NCBI RefSeq assembly: GCF_964188315.1
Contig: NC_135660.1
Location: forward strand, 79,546,001 to 79,610,000
Reading direction: 5' to 3'
Source: Podarcis muralis
Taxonomy: Eukaryota
Length of the DNA: 64,000 nucleotides
The notes beneath the pieces are model-generated. The model made no database searches. It had not been told where the DNA came from and saw nothing but the letters and a program-made list of their open reading frames with translations. Positions within the stretch are counted from its first letter, which is position 1. Every line of letters starts with the position of its first letter. Shown here in pieces: positions 38,833 through 50,700 of the stretch. The translations under genes were made by a program, and so were the position numbers.

Positions 38833-39113
38833 AGGTTCGAATCCCCACGACGGGGTGAGCTCCCGTTGCTCGGTCCCTGCTCCTAGCAGTTCAAAAGCAC
38901 GTCAAAGTGCAAGTAGATAAATAGGTACCACTCCGGCGGGAAGGTAAACGGTGTTTCCGTGCGCTGCTCTGGTTCACCAGAAGCAGCTTAGTCATGCTGG
39001 CCACATGACCCGGAATCTGTACGCCGGCTCCCTCGGCCAATAAAGTGAGATGAGCGCTGCAACCCCAGAGTCGACCACGACCGGACCTAATGGTCAGGGG
39101 TCCCTTTACCTTT
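38833..39113 (+). mobile_element. Sauria SINE, subfamily A, 5' truncated
   Basis: Starts at the B box; normal tail. Confidence 0.9.
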
Positions 39114-40443
39114 AAAGTTCATTGACTCCCATGCCTCAGTAACCATATATAGGTATATATTAGATTCTGGATTTATGCATGACCTGGGAAGCTGTTTGTA
39201 CACTCCCATGATAATTTTATCTGATTGTGGGAAAAGATTTTGCTTTCTCAGATAAAATGCACTTCTTCAGTCCTTCACTAGGCAGTGTGTTTGTGGTTAA
39301 ATGCAAGAGGCTTGATTGATAATAGGATCTGCAGGGGAAGAAACCGCAGGATGAAAGTGAGAGGAGTCAAGTAGCAAACCCAGACCCAGATCACAGAAAT
39401 AAATCACATTCTGTGACACCAAACAACTCCAGTTCCCTGCAGCTGTGTCTCAGATGAGTTTCTGGGTGTGTGGGAAGAAACCGACCAATCGTTCCTCTGT
39501 GTTTTCACCCCACCTCCCAAACAGGCTCTTGAACACTATCTATTGGCTGCATTGCAGCACACCTCTTGGTTCATTATTATCTCAAACAATGTTGTTTTTG
39601 CTATTTGTACATGGATCAGAAAGAGAGACAGAGGCTAAAAAGGGGGTAGGAAGTGGACGGATTTATTTATTTAGCCGATAACTGTAAACTTGTGAAGAAA
39701 CCAGCACTGGTGACCGGTTATGAGCATAGCGTGCTTTGCAGAGCGTTCATTTGTAACAGCAAACATGGAAGTTAAATGGAAGGAATTCAATTAAATTTAA
39801 CAGCACTTGGAAGCGAGTACTGATGCAGTTGGTGAAACTTGCTTTGTTAACGCTCCTTATTTTGGAATATTGGAATATTGAAACATTTGGAATATTGGAC
39901 ACCTCCCCTTCCCAGGCCAAATATTTAATAGGGTCCACAACTCATCATGGTGGGAAAGGGATACCCAAGAGGAAGAAGAAGTCTTCTTCTTCCTGCACCC
40001 CCATATCTCCCACATTTCTTGCAAAGGGGCAAAGCAATAGGATGTATCCTAACTCTTGCTCTTCCTCCCTCTCCCATCTTTTAAGAGATATAGGTGGTAT
40101 GGTTTGGGGAAGGAACATCTTCTGCCATCTGTGTAGAAGTAGAGGTTGGCACAGCCGGAGCTTTATCAGATCTCCAGCCCCAACAAAGTCAATCACAGGG
40201 GCTTGCATGAGGTTTAGTGGGTGAAAGCCCTGGTAGGATACACTCTTCCCCTGAGCCCAGCTCAGCCACAGCCCCCTGTGATCACTTTGGGAATGACTGT
40301 GAGCTGGACCTCCACTTTGCTGACTCCACAGTTTGCGGCTTCACGCATCCACACACAGATGGGTTGCGCTGACAGATACAAATACAACATTTGCCCAAAT
40401 GTACTAGACTTTTTAAAAATAAAGTTCTCCCTGGAGATGCTGA

Positions 40444-41067
40444 TGTCATGGACTGGTTGGACACAAGAGGAATAGTGGGAGGAACCAGCTGGGGAACCAC
40501 CAAGGGAAGAATGCTCAGAGCTTGGGAAGTGCTGGTGGGATGACGATCAGAGGGAGAAGAGAGAAAAGACTTGGAGGAGGAGGAGGTGTCAGAAGCTGAA
40601 GATGTAACAGGGTTTAGTGAGTGGGGAGAGTTGTGACAGAGGAAAGTCCAGAATCAGAGGCAGAAGCTGAAGCAGGTGGATGGGAGGAGAGAGGCCAAGA
40701 GGCAGAGATGAGTCAGGTTGGTGAAGATCATGGGTGTCTCTGTCTCTTGCTGCGACAAGATCCAACCCTCCCTGGTCTCCCAGAACCAGAAGAGGCACGG
40801 AAGCATTGAAGGAGATATTGACGATGCACAGATGCAGTCTCGGGTTGCTTGGGGAAAGCCCTGATGAGAAGGGGACTTAGATGGCCATAAGGAGGCAGGG
40901 ACTATCAGTTTCAGCAACTGATTTTCATGGAGTAAGACCACCAGGAATGAGCTGCTCTGCTCATTAGGCCAGACACTCAGCCAAGTCTGTGGAGATTGTG
41001 TTTTTGCTAATAAAACATTAACTCCAACTTTGAACAGTATGACTGCTGACCAGCATGCTCTGTGACA
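40444..41067 (+). mobile_element. Solo LTR (624 bp), probably Gypsy-type
   Basis: TGTCA...TGACA termini; 5-bp TSD GCTGA / GCCGA; AATAAA at 41009-41014. Confidence 0.8.
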
Positions 41068-42004
41068 GCCGAGAATTGAACCAAGGACCTTCTGTACTCA
41101 AAGCAGAGAACCCACCGAGGTTTGGTGGTTCCCAATACAGCAGGGCAAAGTAATACCATTATGTCACCTCTTCAAAGTCTTCCATTTTACCTCTTTCACT
41201 GCTGCTGATCTTCGTGACCTGAACTTTTTCTTTTTAAGTTGCATCATACAAATGGACAAAAGTTGCTCATTTTGCTCTCTGTTTATGGTCCCTCTCTTTT
41301 CAGTATCTACCCATATCCTCAGGACTTTCACGCAGTTCAGTGAAAGTAGAGCTGGCACACCCATTCCGCCTATGTTGATTTACGTTATGTGTCACCTGGT
41401 TTTCAAGGTAACTGAACGAGGATCAAAATAAAAGATACAGTGAGGGAGAGGCACTCGGGCTATGGCTTTCCAAAAGGCTTGCCAGAAAGCATGTTTCGGG
41501 GAAACCAATGCAAACTTATCTATAGAAGAAATAATTCAAATCAGTTTCATAATAAAACATGAGTATCAAAATGTCAGAGCAGTGAACCAACAATCCCATT
41601 ATCAGAAAGAATAAGGGGAAATACTCTCTGGCCCGGGTGGCAGCAGAAAAACAGGAGTGTGTGCACACTTGAAAGTATTTCAGAGGAGGGCAAGGCTGTT
41701 CAGGTGTTAGTAGGAACAGAGTGAAACACCCGGCAGCCTGGATGGTAAGCAGCAAATTACCAAATTCCCTCACAGACAACCTTGGGTGGATGGGTGTGCT
41801 GTATACCTGTGGCAGGTGGGGCCTGGAGCAAAAGTGAGTGGAGCAACATTACTGAGCACATAGGTTTCCACACACAACCACACCTCATATTTCTGTATCC
41901 TCCATCCATCCAGGCAGGCAAGAGCCAGGCAAACCCACCTGAGAGCACAGATCAGGGCCTTTGAGGGTTGTGGCCTGAGGACAGGGAATGCAGACTGGGA
42001 AGGG

Positions 42005-42309
42005 CATACCCTCCAACGTTTCTCCGATGAAAATAGGGATTCCCCATTCAGTAATAATAATAATGCCCCACCCACTTCTAATATATATTAAAACATAATT
42101 AAACATTAAAAAACCTCCCTATACAGGGCTGCCTTCAGATTTCTTCTAAAGGCTTAAGGGTTACATAACGCCATACCCTCCAACATTGCTCTGATGAAAA
42201 CAGGGACGTCCTAAGGAAAAGCTGGAAATTCCGGGATCAAGTCAGAAACTGGGACAGCTTCTGTACATCTGGGACTGTCCTTGGAAAATAGGAACACTTG
42301 GAGGGTCTG
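42005..42309. mobile_element. MITE (CATACCCTCCAA / TTGGAGGGTCTG) interrupted by an L2 3' remnant
   Basis: Left end present twice (42005 and 42172), flanking a minus-strand L2 tail. Confidence 0.6.
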
Positions 42310-42835
42310 GAAGGTGTGCGTCCTTTGGCTCAGGGGGCCAAACACCTCTGGCTTCCAGGCATGTGCTGGGGTCAGAGAGTAGTGTTTTGCTTTAATGTTT
42401 GCAGAGTCACTGTTGAGTTCAATGCCCCTACATTCAATTCCAAGGACTCCCTGTCAGCAAGCGACATGGTCAATAATAGCAATATTATCAATATAAAAGC
42501 AACAGTGAACATCTGCCAGATGTAGGATCCTTTCTTGTTTTTACTTCATTTGCACACCAGCCCCTCTAAAGTTCATCTTGTCCAGAACAAGTTGCACAGG
42601 TCATTTGAGCAAAGTAAATGTCTAAAGTCCCTCAACTCCTGTAAACCATTTTTATCTGTTTGACAAACGGCTTTCTCCTTCTTCTAGTTTTAAATTTCTG
42701 TCTTTGTTACCAGGTGGTGGAATTGCTTCAAAAGAAAGTTGAAACAAGTTGGCTCCTTGGAAGTAGTTACAAAATAAATCTATTTGGGTGGTGGGCAGAG
42801 GGTTGTAGTCATGTACTGTTAGGAAGAATTGCATA

Positions 42836-43251
42836 CAGTGGTGCCCCGCAAGACGAAATTAATTCGTTCCGCAATTTTTGTCGTCTAGCGAATTTTTCGT
42901 CTTGCGAAGCACGAAATCCCATAGGAATGCATTGAAAATCAATTAATGCGTTCCTATGGTCAAAAAAAGTCCAAACAAAGCCAAATTTGGTACAACAACA
43001 GTTTATTAACTGCTCTTTAAAGTCACACATACTGTAAAGAGCAGTTCAAAAATTGAAGGGAAAATAAATTAACTTTATAAACAAAACATGTCTTTGTTTT
43101 TAGACAAAGAAAACAAAGTCGCGAGACGTTTTCGTCTTGCGAAGCAAGCCCATAGGGGAAATTCGTCTTGCGAGGCAAATCGAAAACGGAAAAACCTTTC
43201 GTCTAGCGAGTTTTTTGTCTTGCGAGGCATTCGTCTTGCGAGGTACCACTG
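42836..43251. mobile_element. Tc1/mariner non-autonomous element
   Basis: TA-flanked CAGTGGT / ACCACTG TIRs; repeated TCGTCTTGCGA subterminal motifs. Confidence 0.88.
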
Positions 43252-44011
43252 TACAAAGATGTGTACCGTATATCAGGAGAAAGTCACACTAAGATGCTTC
43301 TCAGGTGTGTTACTGCAATTCTGCTGCTGTTAATGGCCCATATGGATATGCAGCTCTGTATGATAGCATCATAAGCTGCTCTCTTATACACCCGAAAGAG
43401 CAGAGTTGGATACATAGTATCTCTGGAGGTCCTTCATGGGCTTGGGGTTCCTCCAGTGCTTAACAAGCATTCATCCTGATTTGCTTGCAAAAAGCTGACA
43501 CAGGAGGTTAGACTTTGTTTTTTTAGTGCACATTTGTTCCAATTTGTTGATGGGGAGGTTGATTGCAGCGTATTTGCTGCAACAGAGCGCTTTAATGCAA
43601 ATCTAAATTTCGCGTAGGTACCTGAATCCCTCCCGCAGAATTCTGACAATCTGGAGGTGGCCTTTGATAAGTGTCCATAGTCAGAACAGCATCTTCCATG
43701 CTATCTTACTTGGTAATGTTTCAACAGAAGTTGCAGGGTCAGCTTTTTGCATGGTCATTCAATGGACACCTGGTGCTTTTGTAATACAGGTCTGTTTACA
43801 AGTTGAGCACAGAGGAATAGGCTAGCAACCAGGCACATTGCTAATCATTAAACAGGATGAGCATGCATTAACCAAACCCTCCCGGGGTAGCTGCTTTTTG
43901 CCAGCTGTGAAGTCTTCAAGCTCTTTCAGGACAACCAAGCTGTCCTTAGCCTAACCAGACCCAAGCAGATGGAATATGAGAAATAAATGTCAGCCACCAG
44001 CCATCAATACT

Positions 44012-44445
44012 CATTACACCGGTCTTGAAAGACCTACATTGGCTCCCAGTACGTTTCCGAGCACAATTCAAAGTGCTGGTGCTGACCTTTAAAGCCCTAA
44101 ACGGCCTTGGTCCAGTATATCTGAAGGAGCGTCTCCACCCCCATCGTTCTACCCGGACACTGAGGTCCAGCACCGAGGGCCTTCTGGTGGTTCCCTCACT
44201 GCGAGAAGCCAAGTTACAGGGAACCAGGCAGAGGGCCTTCTTGGTAGTGGCGCCCTCCCTGTGGAACGCCCTCCCACCAGATGTCAAAGAGAACAACAAC
44301 TACCAGGCTTTTAGAAGACATGTGAAGGCAGCCCTGTTTCGGGAAGCTTTTAATGTTTGATGTATTATAGTATTTTAATATTCTTTTGGAAGCCGCCCAG
44401 AGTGGCAGGGGAGGCCCAGCCAGATGGGCGGGGTATAAATAATAA

Positions 44446-44484
<39 letters not shown>
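44012..44484 (+). mobile_element. L2 LINE 3' fragment with expanded (TTA)n tail
   Basis: KDLHWLPVRFRAQFKVLVLTFKALNGLGPVYLKERL...ALFREAFNV*. Confidence 0.92.
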
Positions 44485-44486
<2 letters not shown>

Positions 44487-44489
44487 AGC

Positions 44490-44621
44490 TAAGGTTACCA
44501 GACGTCTTTGTTTCCCGGGGACAGTCCCCAGATTTACAAATCAGCCCCTAACAAAATCCATGCATTCCGGCTGAAGTTGAAAAGTGTCCCCAGATTCATT
44601 GAAAAAAATCTGGTAACCTTA
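44490..44621. mobile_element. hAT-type MITE, sibling of 9420-9543 in opposite orientation
   Basis: TIR TAAGGTTACCAGA / TCTGGTAACCTTA. Confidence 0.85.
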
Positions 44622-46249
44622 CATTAAGCAAGCATGGTCTAGCCATCTGTGTTAATTGCCCATCTTCAGAGGGCTCTCATTTGATAGCCACCATTACCAA
44701 CAAGCGGCATTTAGAGGGACCCATCCAAACTACAGGTGGATCAACAGCAAAACAGAATACCCTGTACACATCTCCACCCACCCAACCAGCATGTGGTCAC
44801 TGCAGATTCTGGAAACGTGGAGAGGAGATCCAGAAATGCTGGATTATTCAAACAGGTTTTCAGGGTACAATCAAAATACAAGGCGTTCAAGTATAGACTT
44901 ATAGATGACAAAATACTGAAAATCTGGATTTTGTGAATCTATGTAGATGGGCCCTTAGTTAGCCCCCCGATCTTGTTATCCCCCAACGATTCCCTGACAG
45001 GTTTGGTCTGACTGCATTCCAGAGCAGTCCAAGGCTTGACCCGCAAAGATTTCTTAGAGACGGTCTAGGTCCTTTTTAGAAGAATGGTAACATTTCCCAG
45101 ATACTTATCACACACACACAAAAATTACTAGTGTCAGTTCACATCTACCCACTTTCGGGGGGAAAAGTGCAGAAGGCACAGAAACTGTGAGATCTGCTTT
45201 AATGATCAAAGACAGAGGGAAAACCTGGAGAACCTGAAAAAGTAGAATGGCAATTATGCACACATTTAATTAATTCTGGCTGCATTCATGTGCGTTCCTT
45301 CCAGTACAGGCCTAAGGGCTGAGTCGCATTTACTGGCAGTAGGAGAGGAGCATTTTTTACTCTGTAGTTTCTCTCAACGCTGCTCCAGTCATGCAGATGT
45401 GAAGGAAGAACCTGGGGGGGAGGGGGAGAAGGGTAGCAGGTGCTTCCAAACGGTTGCTATTTTTGAGTGGAATTCAATCACAGACTAGCAAATGTACATC
45501 ACACAATTATAGTTGATCAGCACCTGCGTAACAAACCTGCTTCCCCCAAAGACTAGGCTTTTAGTGATAAGGAAAGTAATGGAGAAATGAACTCAAAAGC
45601 TGCTTTGATGCAACTTCACTCAACCTCCCCACAACTGTGTCAGAAGGAATACTCAATAAGAAGGTCATGTGAAAGTGCCCAGGACCATAAGCATTTCAGA
45701 CACACAGCTGGTTTATCAACTACAGCCTCATCTCAGAAATAGTTTTTGGCCACTTCAGTCACCTCCAGATTTGAGTACAGAAATGCACCCTGTATAGAGC
45801 TGGCTTGGGGAAATGTTCAGAAGTTGTATTCGGTGCAGAACAGTGGACTTCCTAAACTGAAAAACAAAACAAATCTTTTAACTCAAGTACAGTTAGGGGA
45901 CATTTTCCTACCCCAAGGCAAATTCCATCATACATCTCCAGGTACTAAAAGGTCTCAAAACATATTCATTTGTGAGATATATGAGGAAGGACACTTAAAC
46001 CTGTTCTCCTGTAATATTTTTAAAAAATGTGGCCCATTTTTTACCACGACATTTTCTCCTAGCTAGGGCTGCGAATTGTGCCACGCCATAACATTTGTTA
46101 GCTTTCAAGGTGCTGCAACACTCTTGTTATCCTTGTTGCAACATGGTTACACAACTGAAATTCAGAGAACAAGCATAGCAGATGACTTTTCTATAGTGGA
46201 AAGTATTTTCTCTTTAATTCAAGAGCACAAAGCCTCCCAACGAATGGCG

Positions 46250-46440
46250 AAAGGTTCGTGACAGACAAAAGGAAGTACTTATTCACAAGCGCATACCGGT
46301 AGTTAAACTATGGAATTTGTTGATGGCCACCAACTTGATAAAGGAGGATATCAGACAAATTCATGGAGGATAAAGCTATCAGTGGCAGCTATGTCACCTC
46401 CAGTATCAGAAGCAATATGCTTCTGCATAGCAGCCAACTT
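46250..46440 (+). mobile_element. CR1 LINE 3' fragment
   Basis: Degenerate RKYLFT.R..VKLWN...MATNL..G..DKFMEDKAISG. Confidence 0.65.
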
Positions 46441-47049
46441 CTGGGGGCTGAAGTCCCTTTGCCCCCCCCCCCCGAAACATTTGAGGGGGTTGCCTCTCCC
46501 CACCAAGTCAAAGGGTATTGCCATTCAAATGGTGCACGTTTGCCATATCTTGTGATCAATTTTGTGGAGAGGGGCTTACCTGCCCCCCCCTCAACAACAT
46601 TTTATTCAAGTTGGCCTCCTTGTGCCTCTGGATACTAGATGCTGGAGAAAAAATTGCTGTTGTGCTCATATCCAGCTCCTAAGTTATCTGGCTGAACACA
46701 GTGAGAACAGGACAGTCCTTGTGAACCAGCTCCAGAGCAATGTTTCAGTTCTTTTTCATCCACACATATTACAAGACCTGATGCCAGCATCGCAGTCCAG
46801 TGCCAGCTGCTGCCTGGGTTTGGGGCCCTAATACCACACTATAGTGACACTATAGTGCGAAGTTGCCCAAAAATTCAGGGTGTCTTGAAAAAACACACAA
46901 AAAAAACACTCTTTCTCCTCCTTTCCACTGGGGTAAAAATGCCCCTGAGACGGAAGATTATAGTTTCAGCAGATAGAAGGGGAATCGTCGAAGAGGGAGA
47001 AAGGAAAGTTACATAACTGGGCACAACCGCTCCGAATATTGCATCATCT

Positions 47050-47700
47050 CAGACCAATCCATCTCCCATCGCTTCCTGCAAAGAGCCAAGCCAGTTTCCC
47101 CGACCGTTGCCATTTCTGTTACGCAACCGCGAAGCGCGCAAACTTCGGGAAACTTTCCTCTGCATTCCTCCCCACGAAAGAAAATGAGGGGGGGGGGGGG
47201 AGAGAGAGAGAAAGAGAGCGAGAGAAAGAAAGAGCAGCCCTTTCAGGAGCTGCTGAGATCCGCAGGGGGGCGCAGACAAAGGCATTCTCCTAATCCGTGC
47301 GAGAGATCTTCCCTGCGCGCGCACACTTTCCCCCCTCTTTTTGGAGCGCGCTTTCCCCCTCTCCCCTGCGAGGAAATGGGCTCTCCCGATCTCCTCACAT
47401 GATCGCCGAGGCACTTTCGCTTTTCCATATATTGGAGGCGGGCGGAGTGACAGCTCTAGCCAGAGGGAGACCCGCCGTTTCCGTCGCGTGTGCGTCTCCG
47501 GCGCGCCCTCGGGGAGCCTGCGCTTTACGCACGGGGAGGTGTAATCCGAAGCCGCCGGTTTAAATAAAGCGCAGCCTTGCTGCCTTTTTCCAAGGGAGAG
47601 GTTGCCAACGTCAGATCTCTTGCGCTGCTCTTTTCCGAGCAGATTTCTTCTTCCCTACGCAGAGGAAAGCGTTAACAGGAAGGAGGGAGAAAAGAGAGCA
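47050..47700 (+). promoter_or_regulatory. MAT1A promoter / 5' UTR
   Basis: CpG-rich. C/EBP consensus GTTACGCAAC 47118-47127, inverted CCAAT plus GC box (ATATTGGAGGCGGGCGG) about 47428-47446, TATA-like TTTAAATAAA 47559-47568. Confidence 0.65.
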
Positions 47701-47703
47701 AAA

Positions 47704-50700
47704 ATGATGAATGGGACGCTGGATAGCCTGTGCGACCACACACTGAATGAAGACGAAGGGACGTTCATGTTTACATCGGAATCCGTAGGGGAAGGACACC
47801 CAGGTAAGGACCTGGCGCAGGGGATTGCAGCTCTTTTTTGAAAGGTTGCAAGGAGATCCTGTAGTATTATTATTATTTTTTAGCGCGCGGGGGCGGGGAG
47901 GCGTACCGCGTGCGTGTGTCTATAAAGCACATTTAACGTAATGTCCCCCTCACCCCCCAAAATCTGGGAACTGTAGTTCACGCCGAGCTACAGTTCTTAG
48001 CACCCGCAACAAACTACTATTCCCAGCGTTCTGTGGGGCGGAGGAAGTGCTTTAAACGTGCTTTAAATTGATGGTGTGCACGCAGCCGATGTTTTGGGCT
48101 TCTTTTCACCTGCTGTTGACTCATGTGAGAGCTAAAAGCAGGCTTTCCGGGGATGCCATCGCAGACCCTGATTCATTCCCCAGGGGGCATAGCTTCGAAA
48201 ACCACTGCTAGCCGCTGCAGTTCTTTCTGTATTGCGATTTGACCGTGCACCTTTCAGAACAATCCCATCAGGAATGTCCATGCCACAGCTTTGATAGCTC
48301 CAGATCTGGCACTGATAGACACGATCCAGCCAAAGTTACATGCTTCTAAAGGCTCGCTGGTGTTAATGACACGCAGTGTATTCTGTGCAGTTTTCTAGGA
48401 TGCAAAGCCTACTTCCAAGTAAAGGGACACAGGACTGCAGCCAGTTTGAAATCAATGGGATTTAAAATACTGAACGTCTGCGTCTGTTGCAGTGAGACTC
48501 CCAGAGAACAAGAGTTGGGTGTGCACACACTTTTTAAAAATTGTTAAGATGGTCTATTTTATTAGGCCTGTTCCTCTTGGTTCGTGTGTACATATTTTGG
48601 AGTTATGCAGAAGAGCTCGTAAGCCAAAGTGATTCACCCTCCCAGTTAAAACTTCTGTGTAACTATTAAAAATAAATAGATCTGTATGTTCCTACACCGA
48701 TAGAACTTGGTCTCTTTAGCTGGGGGCTGCAATAATCTGATATTTCAGTGGACCTTGTGGAATTCTCCCACATGCTTGCTATATCATTAAACTGTAAATC
48801 ATTCCCCATAGCAGCTGGGCATGATAGTAGGACATATTATCCGGCCTCCTCCTCTCCACACACAAAGCGACCGGTTCCTCACACCTCTTTCTTAATTATT
48901 GTAAAAGCAAGGCAAATTGAAACTTTTTTTAAAAAAGAAAAGGTAATAGACACTATCTGTGCCAACATTCCAGCTCAAGTTTGTTTTATCTGACAAGTCT
49001 GAGACTTGCGACGTACTTGCAGCAGATGCAAACAGATAAATGATCTTTCGGACAAGGCCGGTGTATGTGTGCATGCATGCATGCGCGCATATTAGAGCTG
49101 TTTGAGGTACTCAGATGTGTATTTGGCACTGTATATCTTTCAGCATGATTCAGGCCTTTCCTTCTGATTATGTAACAGTCAGCGGAATTAAAACAAAACA
49201 GAAGAACTCGTTTAGTTATTAGCATTCAGTTGGATGGGGGAGAGGTCGCACCAGAGTTTGCTCCCCCTCTTGATGCATTAACTGGATATCTTGTGCCAAC
49301 TTCTTATCTGGCACGTAACAACCTCTGGCGACTGCGGGAGAATTCTGCACTCCACAACACCGAGGAGACATTTTTTGTCCAGTTAATGGGGCTGCCAGCA
49401 CCTTAGGCTTCCATCAGTTTTTTTCTTAAGTGGCAGTGATGCCAAGACGCTGGCTGATCCTGTTTCTTACATTATATTTATAGACACTAAGAATGACATT
49501 TGAACTTTTACGTTGAGGGAGGGGAACCTGTAGCCCTTCAGTTCTTGGTAGACTATAGTTCCCTATCATCCCTGACTGCTGCCCATACTGACTAGAAAAC
49601 TTGACAAAGGTTTCTGTAGTATCAGTGGTCTCAGATTTGTGAAGGTCCATTCACACATGTAAGTCAATAAGTGATGACTATGAAATGTATGAACCAACCT
49701 TGATTCTTCTATTTGAAAGGCCAGGTTTTTGCCAGAGTGCACTGGTCTGTTTTGAGATCCAGTTCCCTCTCTAGAATCCCCAAGCTGTCTTTCTCTGCTT
49801 AATGGTACGTCCAACCCTTGAACTCTCAAATTAAAGCATGTTTAGATAGGGAAGTTAAACATATGCCCAGTTCTCTCCCACTGAAATAAACAGGATTATT
49901 TAAAGTTTACAGTTTAGGCTGAGTTGTTTTTTAAAAAAGAAGAAGCTTTGCCTAGATTCTTGGAGGCTTCCAAGATTGTCAGTGGATCTTTTGATAACTG
50001 GGGTTCAATGGGATTATTTGGCCTTCTGGTCACACCCCCATTTCAGATCCTGAGTGATGTGTGCATGAAAGACTGTAATGCTCTAGGGAGAACATTGATG
50101 CTCCAGAAAGCCAAAGAAGGTATACTGTAATTTGGCTGCAAGAGTAGGTTTAGGACAGGGTTTCCCAAACCTGGGTCTTCAGCTGTTGCTGGACTACAAC
50201 TCCCATCATCCCTAGCTAGCAGGACCAGTGGTTGGGGATGATGGGGATTGTAGTCCAACAACAGCTGGGTAACACAAGTTTATTTGATATTTGTATGCTG
50301 CTTTCCCCAACAATGCCAAGAACAAAGCTGAGCTCTGTGTGACTCACAACAATAACAAAGCATAAAAAGACGCAAACCACAGTTCCATCAATATAATCAA
50401 AATAACACAGTAGAGTTTGTTATCTGTCTGGTGTTCCCCACATACACTAATTCCCCTGTACAGTCTATGTGTCTGGATAGCCACAGTTTTGCAAGGTCCA
50501 TGACTACCCTCCTTTAACCTGTCACACATGTCTCCTGTATCTGGACCAGCTTGTACACCTCAGAGGGCAGGATTTGGCCCTGGGGCCTCCTGTCACTGAT
50601 CCGTGGTGTGTGTGCGAGTCAAGTAGAGTTGTGCAAAATCTACAGTATTTTCCTTAACGAGAAATGAGCAAACAGCAGTCAACAGAAGGAATGTGCAATT

